Positions 19,587 through 31,195 of a stretch of DNA of 64,000 nt are shown in pieces (positions within the stretch are counted from its first letter, which is position 1; each line of letters starts with the position of its first letter). The notes beneath the pieces were generated by a model. That model had not been told where the DNA came from. It did not search any database and worked only from the letters and a program-made list of their open reading frames with translations. The DNA comes from Syntrophales bacterium. Lineage in GTDB: Bacteria; Desulfobacterota; Syntrophia; Syntrophales; UBA2210. The DNA lies in NCBI GenBank assembly GCA_963666365.2, contig CAXXNF010000002.1, forward strand, positions 1,376,001-1,440,000, given 5' to 3'. The position numbers were made by a program, and so were the translations under genes.

Positions 19587-20249
19587 ATGAAATCCGAGGC
19601 GGGCATACCATTTCTAATCGAAGAGTTCTGCGCTACCTGTGCAAGGGGACTGGCGGATCTGAAGGACAACCGGTCCCGTATCGCCTATGTTTCCCGCATC
19701 CTTCCTCCGCTCCTTGCACAAAAAGAGGTATTTAAGAAAATCCTTCACAATGTAATCGAAGGGGCGCCCTATCCTGATATTGAAAAACCCACCATGTTCA
19801 TCAATGAACTGATACTCCATCTCGATCCGGCGGGCCATTTTTCCCTGAGGATGTTTCTCTGGAGGCCCGGCGAATACGATCCTGTCCACGACCACAACTC
19901 CTGGGGCGTCATCGGCCCCGTATCGGGCAGGCTGGAGGTCATCACCTACAGACGACTCGATCGCGGCGGTTCAGGAAGACGGGCTCGCATCGTCGAAGAT
20001 GCCCGCCGCATAATCGCGCCGGGGGAATTTTACAGCGTGTATCCGCTTAATAGAGGCATCCATCAAACAGGAAATCCTGCAGACCGCACTCTAATCCAGG
20101 TGAGCATATACGGCAAGAAACAGACAAAAAGGAACTACATCAACACCTATGAGCCGGAAGGGGGATACATCACCCGCCTGTATCCGCCGAAACTGCAAAA
20201 AAAGTTCTTTGCGGAAGCGGCCCTTGCCGCACTGGCAAGGGACTCATAG
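19587..20249 (+). CDS. Cysteine dioxygenase-like cupin
   Basis: WRPGEYDPVHDH-WG and GIH 3-His cupin motifs; RBS GGGAGG; start MKSEAG 1 nt after upstream stop. Confidence 0.75.
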   Translation: MKSEAGIPFLIEEFCATCARGLADLKDNRSRIAYVSRILPPLLAQKEVFKKILHNVIEGAPYPDIEKPTMFINELILHLDPAGHFSLRMFLWRPGEYDPVHDHNSWGVIGPVSGRLEVITYRRLDRGGSGRRARIVEDARRIIAPGEFYSVYPLNRGIHQTGNPADRTLIQVSIYGKKQTKRNYINTYEPEGGYITRLYPPKLQKKFFAEAALAALARDS

Positions 20250-20302
20250 GGGCGTATGAGGAAATGCATTGCAACATAACATTAGTAATATTCCCATTTT
20301 CC

Positions 20303-20331
20303 TTGACAATACCTCCCCTTTTTTATATAGA
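20303..20331 (+). promoter_or_regulatory. Putative sigma-70 promoter of speD-speE fusion
   Basis: TTGACA (20303-08), 17 nt, TATAGA (20326-31). Confidence 0.5.
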
Positions 20332-20464
20332 GGACAGGCCTGTTAGCAATAGTCATTACCTCTCTTAAATGATTCAATGACGTGGCTCCCGTGCATACAT
20401 CCGAGCAGTGCACGGGGTATTATTTATCCCGATCAGGGGTAATAATATAGGAAGGATGCAAGCC

Positions 20465-21544
20465 ATGAAACCTACCGGAATCCAGCTCGTAGCTGAATTT
20501 TTTAACTGCGACACCGATATACTCAATAGCCGGGAGGCTCTCGAGAATATTCTGCGGGAGAGCATTGCCGCCTGCGGCGTAGGGCTCGTCAGTATCAGCA
20601 GTCATCTCTACGATCCCATAGGCATTACCTCGATTGCCGTCATAAGTGAATCGCACGTGGCGATTCACACCTATCCGGAAGCTCGTCATGCCTCCCTGGA
20701 CATTTTCACCTGCTCGAAGGACAATGAAGTGTCCTTTAGACTTATGGAATGTCTGAAAGAAAGAATGGGGCCCGGCACAACGCGCATTGCCGAGATTTCG
20801 AGAGGCAATCCCATAGAAGTGTCGCGAACGAACTGGATCACCGACGACACGGGTTCGATGGGATTCGACATCCGCTACCACATCCAGGAAGAGATCTTCA
20901 GCACCCAATCGATCTACCAGGAGATCAAGATCATTGAAAACGAAAGTTTCGGCCGAATGCTCTTCCTCGACAACGACCTGCAGATCGCCGAATTCGATGC
21001 ACATCTCTACAACGAGTGCATGGTACAACCCCTTGTTGAATCGGGCATGTCGCTGGATTCCGTGGCAATTCTGGGCGGCGGCGACGGAGGCGTACTGCAT
21101 GAACTGCTGAAGCACAATCCCGGAAAAGTCACTCTCGTCGACATCGACGAGGCGGTGGTTTCGGCCTGTCGCAGGCACATGCCGGGCATTTGTCGCGGCG
21201 CCTTTGACGACGAACGGGTTGCCGTCGTCTACGATGATGTATTCAGCTTTCTCTCCAGAATGGACCGCTATGATGCCGTCATCTATGACCTGACCATGCA
21301 CCCCGAAGCCTTTATCGACATGGAGCGCGATCTCTACCTGGAGGATCTTTTCGTCAAAATCAAAGCGTCGCTCAAAAAAGGCGGCCTCATTTCAGCACAA
21401 TGCTGCTCGTCCTATGATTATGAAACACTCGAGATGACTCGGTCGTTGCTGGGGAAGTTCTTTTCCCCCCTCACCATGACCGAGACCTACATTCCGTCCT
21501 ACTGCGTGCCCTGGACCTTCGCCCATGGGACAAATACCCTGTAA
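20465..21544 (+). CDS. speD: S-adenosylmethionine decarboxylase / polyamine aminopropyltransferase fusion (SpeD-SpeE)
   Basis: N-half ISESHVAIHTYPE-ASLDIFTC (pyruvoyl self-cleavage); C-half SIYQEI-FGRMLFLD-LQ, LGGGDGG, VDIDEAVV, YIPSY. Confidence 0.92.
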   Translation: MKPTGIQLVAEFFNCDTDILNSREALENILRESIAACGVGLVSISSHLYDPIGITSIAVISESHVAIHTYPEARHASLDIFTCSKDNEVSFRLMECLKERMGPGTTRIAEISRGNPIEVSRTNWITDDTGSMGFDIRYHIQEEIFSTQSIYQEIKIIENESFGRMLFLDNDLQIAEFDAHLYNECMVQPLVESGMSLDSVAILGGGDGGVLHELLKHNPGKVTLVDIDEAVVSACRRHMPGICRGAFDDERVAVVYDDVFSFLSRMDRYDAVIYDLTMHPEAFIDMERDLYLEDLFVKIKASLKKGGLISAQCCSSYDYETLEMTRSLLGKFFSPLTMTETYIPSYCVPWTFAHGTNTL

Positions 21545-21591
21545 CGGGACACCTATCTCGTGCGTCTTCGATCAATTTGTTTTTCTTTAAT

Positions 21592-21673
21592 ATTTGTGTT
21601 CATTCGTGTCTATTCGCGGTTGTTCTTCGCCAGGGCAGCACGGCGGATGAACGCCAATGGGCGCGCACGAATA
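21592..21673. repeat. Short 10-mer tandem repeat with degenerate inverted partner between convergent genes
   Basis: ATTTGTGTTC ATTCGTGTCT ATTCGCGGTT (21592-21621) followed by ...CGGCGGATGAACGCCAATGGGCGCGCACGAATA. Confidence 0.45.
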
Positions 21674-21698
21674 TGAAGTCTTTGTCTTATCTTCCCAC

Positions 21699-22277
21699 TC
21701 AGGCATATTTCAATTTGATTTTTCCGAGTTCCACCATTTCTTCATGCTCGACCATGCCGTAGAAGTCTATGACCTCTTTCACCGGTCCGTGCATTTCTCC
21801 CTTTCCCCTGATCTCGTACTCGTGCAGCGGCGCGTATGCCTCGACACCCTTCCCTTCGGGAAGCACTGTCTCTTTCGGGCCCGTCCCCTTCTCTATTCTC
21901 ATTCCTTCGGGAAGCGATCCGAAGAGTTTCTTGAATTTCTCTCCCAGTTCCCGCGTGTAGGCGCGATAGCTGAAATCAAAGTAGGCATCGCGGATTTCCC
22001 TGACATCTGCGATCTTAAGGTGCTCCTGCAACCCTCTGTTTTCGATTGACTGACGAATGAGATCGTGAAATCCGGATCCGACAATGAGCGTGGTCCGGCC
22101 TCCTCTGGCGCCGATCAGACGCATCAGCTGGCCAAATTTGCTTTCATCTTCCACATGGTGATCTTCATCGAAAATTGCCTCCCCCTGAATGCCTTTGCCT
22201 TCGAGAAATCCAAGGACGAAGCCCTTCATGAGATCAAAGGAACCATCGACGGTCACCTCATAATATTTTTTTATCAC
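21699..22277 (-). CDS. Hypothetical protein
   Basis: Uninterrupted ORF with protein-like composition, co-oriented with the antiporter; likely GTG start (IKKYYEV) at 22277 behind GAGGTG. Confidence 0.7.
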   Translation of the reverse strand: MIKKYYEVTVDGSFDLMKGFVLGFLEGKGIQGEAIFDEDHHVEDESKFGQLMRLIGARGGRTTLIVGSGFHDLIRQSIENRGLQEHLKIADVREIRDAYFDFSYRAYTRELGEKFKKLFGSLPEGMRIEKGTGPKETVLPEGKGVEAYAPLHEYEIRGKGEMHGPVKEVIDFYGMVEHEEMVELGKIKLKYA

Positions 22278-22317
22278 CTTTCGTTCACCTCGCCATTCAT
22301 AGTTCCGCACCGGTGCG

Positions 22318-23820
22318 TTATAAAAAGAATACAAACGTTACCACAAGGAATACGGGAATCAGTATCGGCAGGGAATACTTGATCATATAGCCGAAAAAGC
22401 TCGGCATGTTGATGCCCGCTTCTTCGGCGATCGATTTGACCATGAAGTTGGGCGCATTGCCGATGTAGGTGTTGGCGCCCATGAAGACGGCCCCCGCCGA
22501 AATCGCCTTCAGATAGGTGATAAAGGCGGGATTGCAGGTATCCGCCGCCGTGGCGACGGCTCCGGGAATGCAGGCCTCCGTCAACCCCAGCTTCCCCAGT
22601 GCCAGATTGAAAAACGTCAGATAGGTCGGGGCGTTGTCGAGAAACGATGAAAGGAAGCCCGTAACCCAGTAATAGTGGAAGGGTTCTTTCACAACTTCCA
22701 CGAGCCCCGCCATGGCCCCATGAGTGCCCGCTTTTAATATGGCCAGCGCGGGAATGATGGTCATGAAGATGCCGGCAAAGAGCTTCGCCACCTCGATGAT
22801 CGGAAACCAGCTGAAATCGTTCGCTTCCCGCAACCGCTTCGGCGTGGCAAAGAGCGAAAGTGCGCCCATAACGATAATGCCCAGGTCGCGGGCTGTATTC
22901 TGAAAGTGCACATGCACGCCCAGTACGTTGAAATGACCGGGCTTCCAGTAGCCGCTCATCAGAACAAGCGCAATGATGCCGAGGAGAAATATAAAATTGT
23001 AAGTGCCTTCCACCTTGAAGGGCTGTTTCTCCTCTGCCTCCACCACGCGGGCCTTTCCCTTTTTCATGTCACGGCGGTAGAATATCGTGTCCATGATGAA
23101 AAAAAGTGCCAGAAGAATCAGTGACGTCAACAGCATGTGGGGAAGGATTGCCGTCGTGACCCAGAAGAAGGGCACGTTATGTAAAAATCCGAGGAAAAGC
23201 GGGGGATCGCCAAGCGGCGTCAGCGACCCTCCGATATTCGCGACAAGAAATATAAAGAAGCAGATGACGTGCACCTTGCTCGCCCTGTCCTTGTTCGCCC
23301 TCAGAACCGGCCGGATCATCACCATGGCCGCACCGGTGGTGCCGACCCAGGAGGCCAGAATCGTGCCGATGAGCAGCATTATGGTATTTACCAGGGGCGT
23401 TCCCTTGAAGGACCCACCCACCACTATTCCGCCTGCAACGGTGAAAAGACCCCAGAGCAATATGATAAAGGGGATATAATCTATCACATAAATATGAACA
23501 ATCTCATATAAGGCCGTCCCGTGGTAAGCGAAGAGAAAGGGAACGGCGAACAGTACCGCCCAGAAGGCCGACACCTTGCCGAAATGATTGTGCCAGAAGT
23601 GGGGCACCAGGAGCGGGCAGAGCGCAATTGAAAGCAGGATGCCCGCGAATGGTATCACTGTCCATACCGGCAATATAGCGCCAATGTCGGGACCATGGTG
23701 CGCCGATGTCGCCTCTGCCGACGCCTCTGCCATCGACGGCGCCATGCACATAAGCAAGAGGATAATTCCCACGAGCACTAGTGAAAGAATTTCCCCGCCA
23801 TATCTTTTTTCATGACACAT
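22318..23820 (-). CDS. Putative sodium:proton antiporter (IT superfamily, CitMHS_2/Na_H_antiport_3-like)
   Basis: Many TM helices; GTTGAAM, ANIGGSLTPLGDPPLFLGFL, SSFLDNAPTYL, GANTYIGNAPNFMVKSIAE. Confidence 0.88.
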   Translation of the reverse strand: MCHEKRYGGEILSLVLVGIILLLMCMAPSMAEASAEATSAHHGPDIGAILPVWTVIPFAGILLSIALCPLLVPHFWHNHFGKVSAFWAVLFAVPFLFAYHGTALYEIVHIYVIDYIPFIILLWGLFTVAGGIVVGGSFKGTPLVNTIMLLIGTILASWVGTTGAAMVMIRPVLRANKDRASKVHVICFFIFLVANIGGSLTPLGDPPLFLGFLHNVPFFWVTTAILPHMLLTSLILLALFFIMDTIFYRRDMKKGKARVVEAEEKQPFKVEGTYNFIFLLGIIALVLMSGYWKPGHFNVLGVHVHFQNTARDLGIIVMGALSLFATPKRLREANDFSWFPIIEVAKLFAGIFMTIIPALAILKAGTHGAMAGLVEVVKEPFHYYWVTGFLSSFLDNAPTYLTFFNLALGKLGLTEACIPGAVATAADTCNPAFITYLKAISAGAVFMGANTYIGNAPNFMVKSIAEEAGINMPSFFGYMIKYSLPILIPVFLVVTFVFFL

Positions 23821-23846
23821 ATCATGACTCCTTCATTATTCTGCAC

Positions 23847-23883
23847 AAAAAACAAGCCAAGCGAGTCTATACCTCCTTGGCTT
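23847..23883 (-). terminator. Intrinsic terminator/attenuator after atpC and just upstream of the antiporter
   Basis: Minus strand AAGCCAAG-14 nt-CTTGGCTT followed by GTTTTTT. Confidence 0.65.
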
Positions 23884-23949
23884 TGTCTTTTCAATCTTTA
23901 AATGTGGTGGTCACTGCGAAAGCTGCACTGGAGCCATACACGACTGTCG

Positions 23950-24357
23950 TTATGCCTTCTCCGCCACTTTAAGTCTTACTTCCGCCCTGTTCAGTACGGC
24001 GCTTACCTTTTCAAACTCGCTGTCATCCTTGTTGAGTCCCGCCAGCTTCGACTCCGCCTCCTGCATTTCGCGTCGTACCTTTTCCACATCAATTGCATCA
24101 GCTCGCTCGCAGGTTTCCACAAGCACCGTAACCTTTTCGCCGGTCACTTCCGCATATCCTTCACCCACGGCGTAGTAGGTTTTCTTATTTCCCTGAAGAT
24201 GGTCCAGTTCGCCGCATTTCAAGGCACTCAGCAGCGGCGCGTGTCCTATCAGCACCCCGAAATGCCCCTCCACACCCGGTATCGTCACTTCCTCCACCGT
24301 GTCACTGAAGGCCATCGTCTCTGGTGTTACAATCTCTAACAGCAATTCATCAGCCAT
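23950..24357 (-). CDS. atpC: ATP synthase F1 epsilon subunit
   Basis: LEIVTPE, GHFGVLIGHAP, GYAEV; operon position. Confidence 0.96.
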   Translation of the reverse strand: MADELLLEIVTPETMAFSDTVEEVTIPGVEGHFGVLIGHAPLLSALKCGELDHLQGNKKTYYAVGEGYAEVTGEKVTVLVETCERADAIDVEKVRREMQEAESKLAGLNKDDSEFEKVSAVLNRAEVRLKVAEKA

Positions 24358-24381
24358 CGATCATTCCTCCGACCCGCGTCA

Positions 24382-26722
<2,341 letters not shown>

Positions 26723-26768
26723 TACTACCTACTCCCCTTACAGCGAATAGAGCGCGCATCGACCCTTA

Positions 26769-28283
26769 TCAGGCTGCGGTAAATACGGAATCGAATTCTG
26801 TCAGAGCCGCCTTCAATTTCTCTTCCAGCTCGGCATCGATTATCTGCTTTTCGTCGATTTGATTCATTATCGCGGCATGCTTGCTGTTCACGAAGCCCAA
26901 CAGCTGATTCTCATACTCTTTCAACTGCTCCACCGCATATCTGTCCACGAAGCCGCGCACCGCCGCAAATAGGACCACCACTTCTTCCGCCAGCGACATG
27001 GGGCGATACTGGGGCTGTTTCAGAATCTCCACCAGCCGGGCGCCTCTGTCCAACTGCGCCTGTGTGGACTTGTCAAGATCGCTGCCGAACTGTGCGAACG
27101 ATGCGAGTTCTCTGTACTGCGCCAGGTCGAGCTTCAGCGTTCCGGCAACCTGCTTCATCGCCTTCACCTGCGCGGCGCCGCCGACGCGGGACACGGACAA
27201 ACCGACATTGATGGCCGGACGGACACCGGAGTAGAAGAGATCCGGCTCAAGATACACCTGACCGTCCGTAATGGAAATCACGTTCGTCGGAATAAAGGCC
27301 GATACGTCGCCGGCCTGTGTTTCGATTATGGGCAGGGCCGTCAATGAGCCGCCGCCCAGCTCCTGATTCACACGAGCCGCACGTTCCAGGAGTCGAGAGT
27401 GGTTATAAAAGATGTCGCCGGGGTAGGCTTCACGCCCCGGGGGCCGTCTCAGCAGAAGTGAAATCTGCCGGTAGGCGACCGCCTGTTTGGAGAGGTCGTC
27501 GTACATAATAAGCGCATCCTGACCCCTGTCTCTGAAGTACTCGCCTATGCTGCATCCGGCGAAGGCGGCGATATACTGGAGGGTTCCCGGATCACTGGCG
27601 CAGGCGGAAACCACGCAGGTGTAGCTCATGGCGTCATGTTTTCTCAATGCCTCGACAACCTGCGCAACGGTGGACTTTTTCTGACCGATTGCCACATAGA
27701 TACATTTTACGCCGGTCGTCTTCTGCCTGATAATTGCATCGATGCAGATCGCCGTTTTTCCGATCTGACGGTCGCCGATGATCAGCTCACGCTGGCCTCT
27801 GCCGATAGGCGTCATGGCATCGATCGCTTTCAGTCCCGTGTAGAGAGGCTGGTTGACGGGCTGACGCTGAATCACGCCTGGGGCGACCATTTCGATACGG
27901 CGGGTTTCCTTCGCGTCGATGGGACCTTTACCGTCGATGGGCTGGCCCGTTCCATCGATCACGCGCCCCAGAAGCTCTTCGCCCACGGGGACTTCCGCAA
28001 TCCTGCCGGTCCTCTTGACGATGTCCCCTTCTTTGATGTGTGTATCTTGTCCAAGGATGGCGACACCCACGTTATCCCGCTCCAGGTTGAGCACCATTCC
28101 CAGTATGCCGCCGGGAAATTCGAGAAGTTCCATGGCCATCGCATTTTCAACACCATAGACGCGGGCAATACCGTCACCGACGGACAGCACCGTACCAGTC
28201 TCACTTATATCAAGTTTTTTCTCGTACTCCTTGATCTGTTTCGAGATTATTTGGGTTATCTCTTCTGCCCTTATTGCCTCCAT
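26769..28283 (-). CDS. atpA: ATP synthase F1 alpha subunit
   Basis: [34 protein letters not shown]. Confidence 0.99.
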   Translation of the reverse strand: MEAIRAEEITQIISKQIKEYEKKLDISETGTVLSVGDGIARVYGVENAMAMELLEFPGGILGMVLNLERDNVGVAILGQDTHIKEGDIVKRTGRIAEVPVGEELLGRVIDGTGQPIDGKGPIDAKETRRIEMVAPGVIQRQPVNQPLYTGLKAIDAMTPIGRGQRELIIGDRQIGKTAICIDAIIRQKTTGVKCIYVAIGQKKSTVAQVVEALRKHDAMSYTCVVSACASDPGTLQYIAAFAGCSIGEYFRDRGQDALIMYDDLSKQAVAYRQISLLLRRPPGREAYPGDIFYNHSRLLERAARVNQELGGGSLTALPIIETQAGDVSAFIPTNVISITDGQVYLEPDLFYSGVRPAINVGLSVSRVGGAAQVKAMKQVAGTLKLDLAQYRELASFAQFGSDLDKSTQAQLDRGARLVEILKQPQYRPMSLAEEVVVLFAAVRGFVDRYAVEQLKEYENQLLGFVNSKHAAIMNQIDEKQIIDAELEEKLKAALTEFDSVFTAA

Positions 28284-28286
28284 CCT

Positions 28287-28832
28287 CTACATCTCCTCCC
28301 TTATGAGTTCCCTTATACTCATCAGTTGAGTCTTTATACTCCCGTCATACAGGGTATCGCCGACTCCCACGACGATGCCGCCAAGCAGCGACGCATCTTC
28401 CTCAACAGCCATTTCAATCTTTTTCTTTGTTATCTCTTCCAGACGTTCCCGTATTTTGCCGGCCAGATCGGCTGGCAGTGGAAAGGCCGTCCTCACCTTC
28501 ACTCTAACCTTGTTCAGCAGCGCGTCCCGGTAACCGCGAAAACAATTCTCCACATCCAGGAGAATGTCGATCCTGCGCTTATCCACCAGCAGCTTCAAGA
28601 AGTTTGCCGTAATACCCGTTATTTGCACCTTGGAAAGAACGCTTTCCATGACGGCCTTCTTGTCCCCTTGATCGAACACGGGATTGGCAAAAAATTCCAT
28701 AAGGTTCTTATTGCTTTTCAGCACTGACGCGAAACTTTCCAATTCGCCGTATATCGACTCAACCGCACCCTCTTCCTTAGCAATCTCAAAGAGGGCCTTC
28801 GCATATCTTTTTGCAATTTCGCTTCCAATCAA
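28287..28832 (-). CDS. atpH: ATP synthase delta subunit
   Basis: IAKRYAKALF, NFLKLL, DASLLGG, DGSIK. Confidence 0.96.
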   Translation of the reverse strand: MIGSEIAKRYAKALFEIAKEEGAVESIYGELESFASVLKSNKNLMEFFANPVFDQGDKKAVMESVLSKVQITGITANFLKLLVDKRRIDILLDVENCFRGYRDALLNKVRVKVRTAFPLPADLAGKIRERLEEITKKKIEMAVEEDASLLGGIVVGVGDTLYDGSIKTQLMSIRELIREEM

Positions 28833-29401
28833 TTTCGGCTCACCATCCTATCCAAGAAGTCATTAACCATCATCTCATGGTCGTCTTTTCCAATGTTTTT
28901 CTTGATGATTTCCTCGGCCATCTGAACGGAGAGCTCCGTTGCCTCCGCCCTCAACTCGATTACCGCCCGCTTGTATTCCTGATCGATGCGGGCTTTTGCA
29001 TCTTCTTTCATTTTCACCGCCGCAGCTTCCGCCTCGGCAAGTATCTTTGCCTTCTCTTCGGCGCCCTGCGATTTTATCATTTCAGCAATTCCGCTTATTT
29101 CGGACGAAGCTTTTTCCAGTTTCATATTGCATTCGTCGAGTTTTTTCTGCGCTTCCGCTCGGGCTACTTCAGCCGCCTCAAGCGAGGTTTTTATTTCGGC
29201 GCGTCTCCCCACAAAGAAACCCTTGATCCCCTTGGCAGTCAACTTGTAAAGCACGGCCGCCAGAATAACAAAGTTGAGCATGCGCCATCCGAAGTTTGCA
29301 AGCTGATCACCATGTGCTTCGCCCCCCTCTCCACCGCCCGAGGCGTAGGCCACGCCGACCGTCACCACCACTAACGCGAGAGCAAATAGAAACCGTTTCA
29401 T
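28829..29401 (-). CDS. atpF: ATP synthase F0 subunit b
   Basis: Signal-like N-terminus, WRMLNFVIL TM, long charged coiled coil. Confidence 0.9.
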   Translation of the reverse strand: MKRFLFALALVVVTVGVAYASGGGEGGEAHGDQLANFGWRMLNFVILAAVLYKLTAKGIKGFFVGRRAEIKTSLEAAEVARAEAQKKLDECNMKLEKASSEISGIAEMIKSQGAEEKAKILAEAEAAAVKMKEDAKARIDQEYKRAVIELRAEATELSVQMAEEIIKKNIGKDDHEMMVNDFLDRMVSRN

Positions 29402-29826
29402 TGGACGCTCCTTCCCAGCACCTTTTCGGAAATCTCCCGGGCAATCTCCTGTGTCCGCTCCTGCAAGGTCCGCCTGGCCTGCTCTTTTTCGGCGGCAACC
29501 TTCGCCTTGAAATCCTGAATCATCGCGGTCACTTCATCACGAGTATCGGCAAGAATTTTCTTCCCCGCTTCCGCCCCTTCGTTTTTGATTTCCTCGCGCT
29601 GATTCATCGCATCAACTCGCGCCTGGCGGAGCGTTTCTTCATAATCAGCCACTTTTTGCTCAATCAGATCATCAAAAGACCCTACGGTTTCTTTTGACTC
29701 TTCGACGCGTTTTTTCCTGGCATCGATGACCTTCATGATCGGCTTGTAAAGGATAATGTTGAGAACAAAAATTAGGATAAGAAAATTAATCATTTGAATT
29801 AGGAGTGTTGAATTAAGGTCAATCAT
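29398..29826 (-). CDS. ATP synthase F0 subunit b'
   Basis: TLLIQMINFLIL-LYKPI-R, coiled coil, EKVLGR end; first gene of the operon. Confidence 0.9.
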   Translation of the reverse strand: MIDLNSTLLIQMINFLILIFVLNIILYKPIMKVIDARKKRVEESKETVGSFDDLIEQKVADYEETLRQARVDAMNQREEIKNEGAEAGKKILADTRDEVTAMIQDFKAKVAAEKEQARRTLQERTQEIAREISEKVLGRSVQ

Positions 29827-30085
29827 CTGTCACCTCGTATAGAAACACCCGCAAGGGGGGGGATTGAAACTCTTAAAAAAAGCAACGTGCAACTGCTTAA
29901 AAAGGCAATCTCCAAAATCGGGCTCGTAATAATCATAACTCGTAAGGGTTGTCAAGCATTTTTTGACCACCGGTCACAAATAAGACAGCAATCTCAGGAA
30001 AGAAAAAAGAAAGCACCTAAAAATAATTGATATACCAAGAAACAGTCTATAATCAGGCCCCATCTAAACCGTTATTGTGCGATGG

Positions 30086-31195
30086 CTACGACTGAAGTAC
30101 GAATCTCCTCATGCTTACATTCATCACCAGCCCCATGGATATGAGAAGCACCACCATGGATGAACCGCCATAACTCATAAAGGGAAGCGGAATGCCCACA
30201 ACGGGGAGCAGGCCAATCACCATGCCCATATTGATACAGACAGCCCAGAATATCAGCATGGTAGCGCCGTAGGCAATCATCAATCCGGGAAGATCCCGGG
30301 CCCGCCTGCCGATGCGAAAACCCCACAAGAGCAGTGTCACAAACAGGAACAACAGCACCATCACTCCCAGAAATCCCCACTCCTCCGCAAATACGGAAAA
30401 CACAAAATCGGTTTGCTGTTCAGGAAGAAATTTCAGTTGACTCTGGGTTCCTTTCAAAAATCCCTTTCCCGCGATACCCCCTGATCCTATTGCAATAATC
30501 GATTGTATAATGTGATAGCCGGAACCAAGGGGATCTAATCCCGGATTCAAGAAAGTGAGCAGGCGTTCTTTTTGATAATCCTTCATGAAAAACCACAGAA
30601 GCGGAAGCAGAAGCACAGCCGTTCCGCCCAAAGCGATCAATGTTCTTTTTTCTATACCCACAAAAAGAATAATAGAACAGAAAAGGATGCCCAGAAAGAG
30701 TGCCGTCCCAAGGTCCGGCTGTTTGAGTATCATCAGACAGGGGATCACTACCATCGCGAAAGGAATCAGAAGAGTCTGGATCGTATAGCCTCCGGGAATC
30801 TTATGTTCGTCGATGAATTTGGTCAGTGCGATAATCATGGTCAGCTTGACCAGCTCCGACGGTTGAAAAGAAAACCCCCAGAGCACAAGCCACCGCTGCG
30901 AGCCATGGGTGACTTGACCGTATAGAAATACCGTCGCTAAAAGAAGGATGGATAGGCCATAGAGCAGATATCCGTATCTGATGATCACGTGATAGTCAAC
31001 AAAGACCACGGGGATCATAAGGGCGAACCCGATCGCAATCCAGTAGACCTGCTTCATGTAGGCGGGAGTCGCGCTTGCATGAAGAAGATTATGTCCCGCA
31101 CTGTATAAATTCAGGAGGCCTATGGCACATATGGAAAAAACCAGCACCGGCAGGACCCATTCAAAATTTATCAAAACTCTTCTGTCGAGTTTCAT
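30086..31195 (-). CDS. rodA: Rod shape-determining protein RodA (SEDS)
   Basis: GSQRW, QPSE, QPDLGT, GYHIIQS-IAIGSGG, TDFVF-EEWG, LPFMSYGGS. Confidence 0.97.
   Translation of the reverse strand: MKLDRRVLINFEWVLPVLVFSICAIGLLNLYSAGHNLLHASATPAYMKQVYWIAIGFALMIPVVFVDYHVIIRYGYLLYGLSILLLATVFLYGQVTHGSQRWLVLWGFSFQPSELVKLTMIIALTKFIDEHKIPGGYTIQTLLIPFAMVVIPCLMILKQPDLGTALFLGILFCSIILFVGIEKRTLIALGGTAVLLLPLLWFFMKDYQKERLLTFLNPGLDPLGSGYHIIQSIIAIGSGGIAGKGFLKGTQSQLKFLPEQQTDFVFSVFAEEWGFLGVMVLLFLFVTLLLWGFRIGRRARDLPGLMIAYGATMLIFWAVCINMGMVIGLLPVVGIPLPFMSYGGSSMVVLLISMGLVMNVSMRRFVLQS

Noticed and set aside
18680..19589. Selenocysteine read-through at the TGA of the QueG-like gene
   Set aside because: The next gene starts in a different frame with its own RBS, and the TGA is not at a catalytic Cys position
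20332..20464. Known SAM riboswitch upstream of speD-speE
   Set aside because: No SAM-I core sequence recognisable by eye; kept only as an unassigned structured leader
23790..23826. Possible A6/A7 slip giving an MKKRYGG start for the antiporter
   Set aside because: An in-frame ATG at 23820 with a well-spaced AAGGAG already gives an intact ORF
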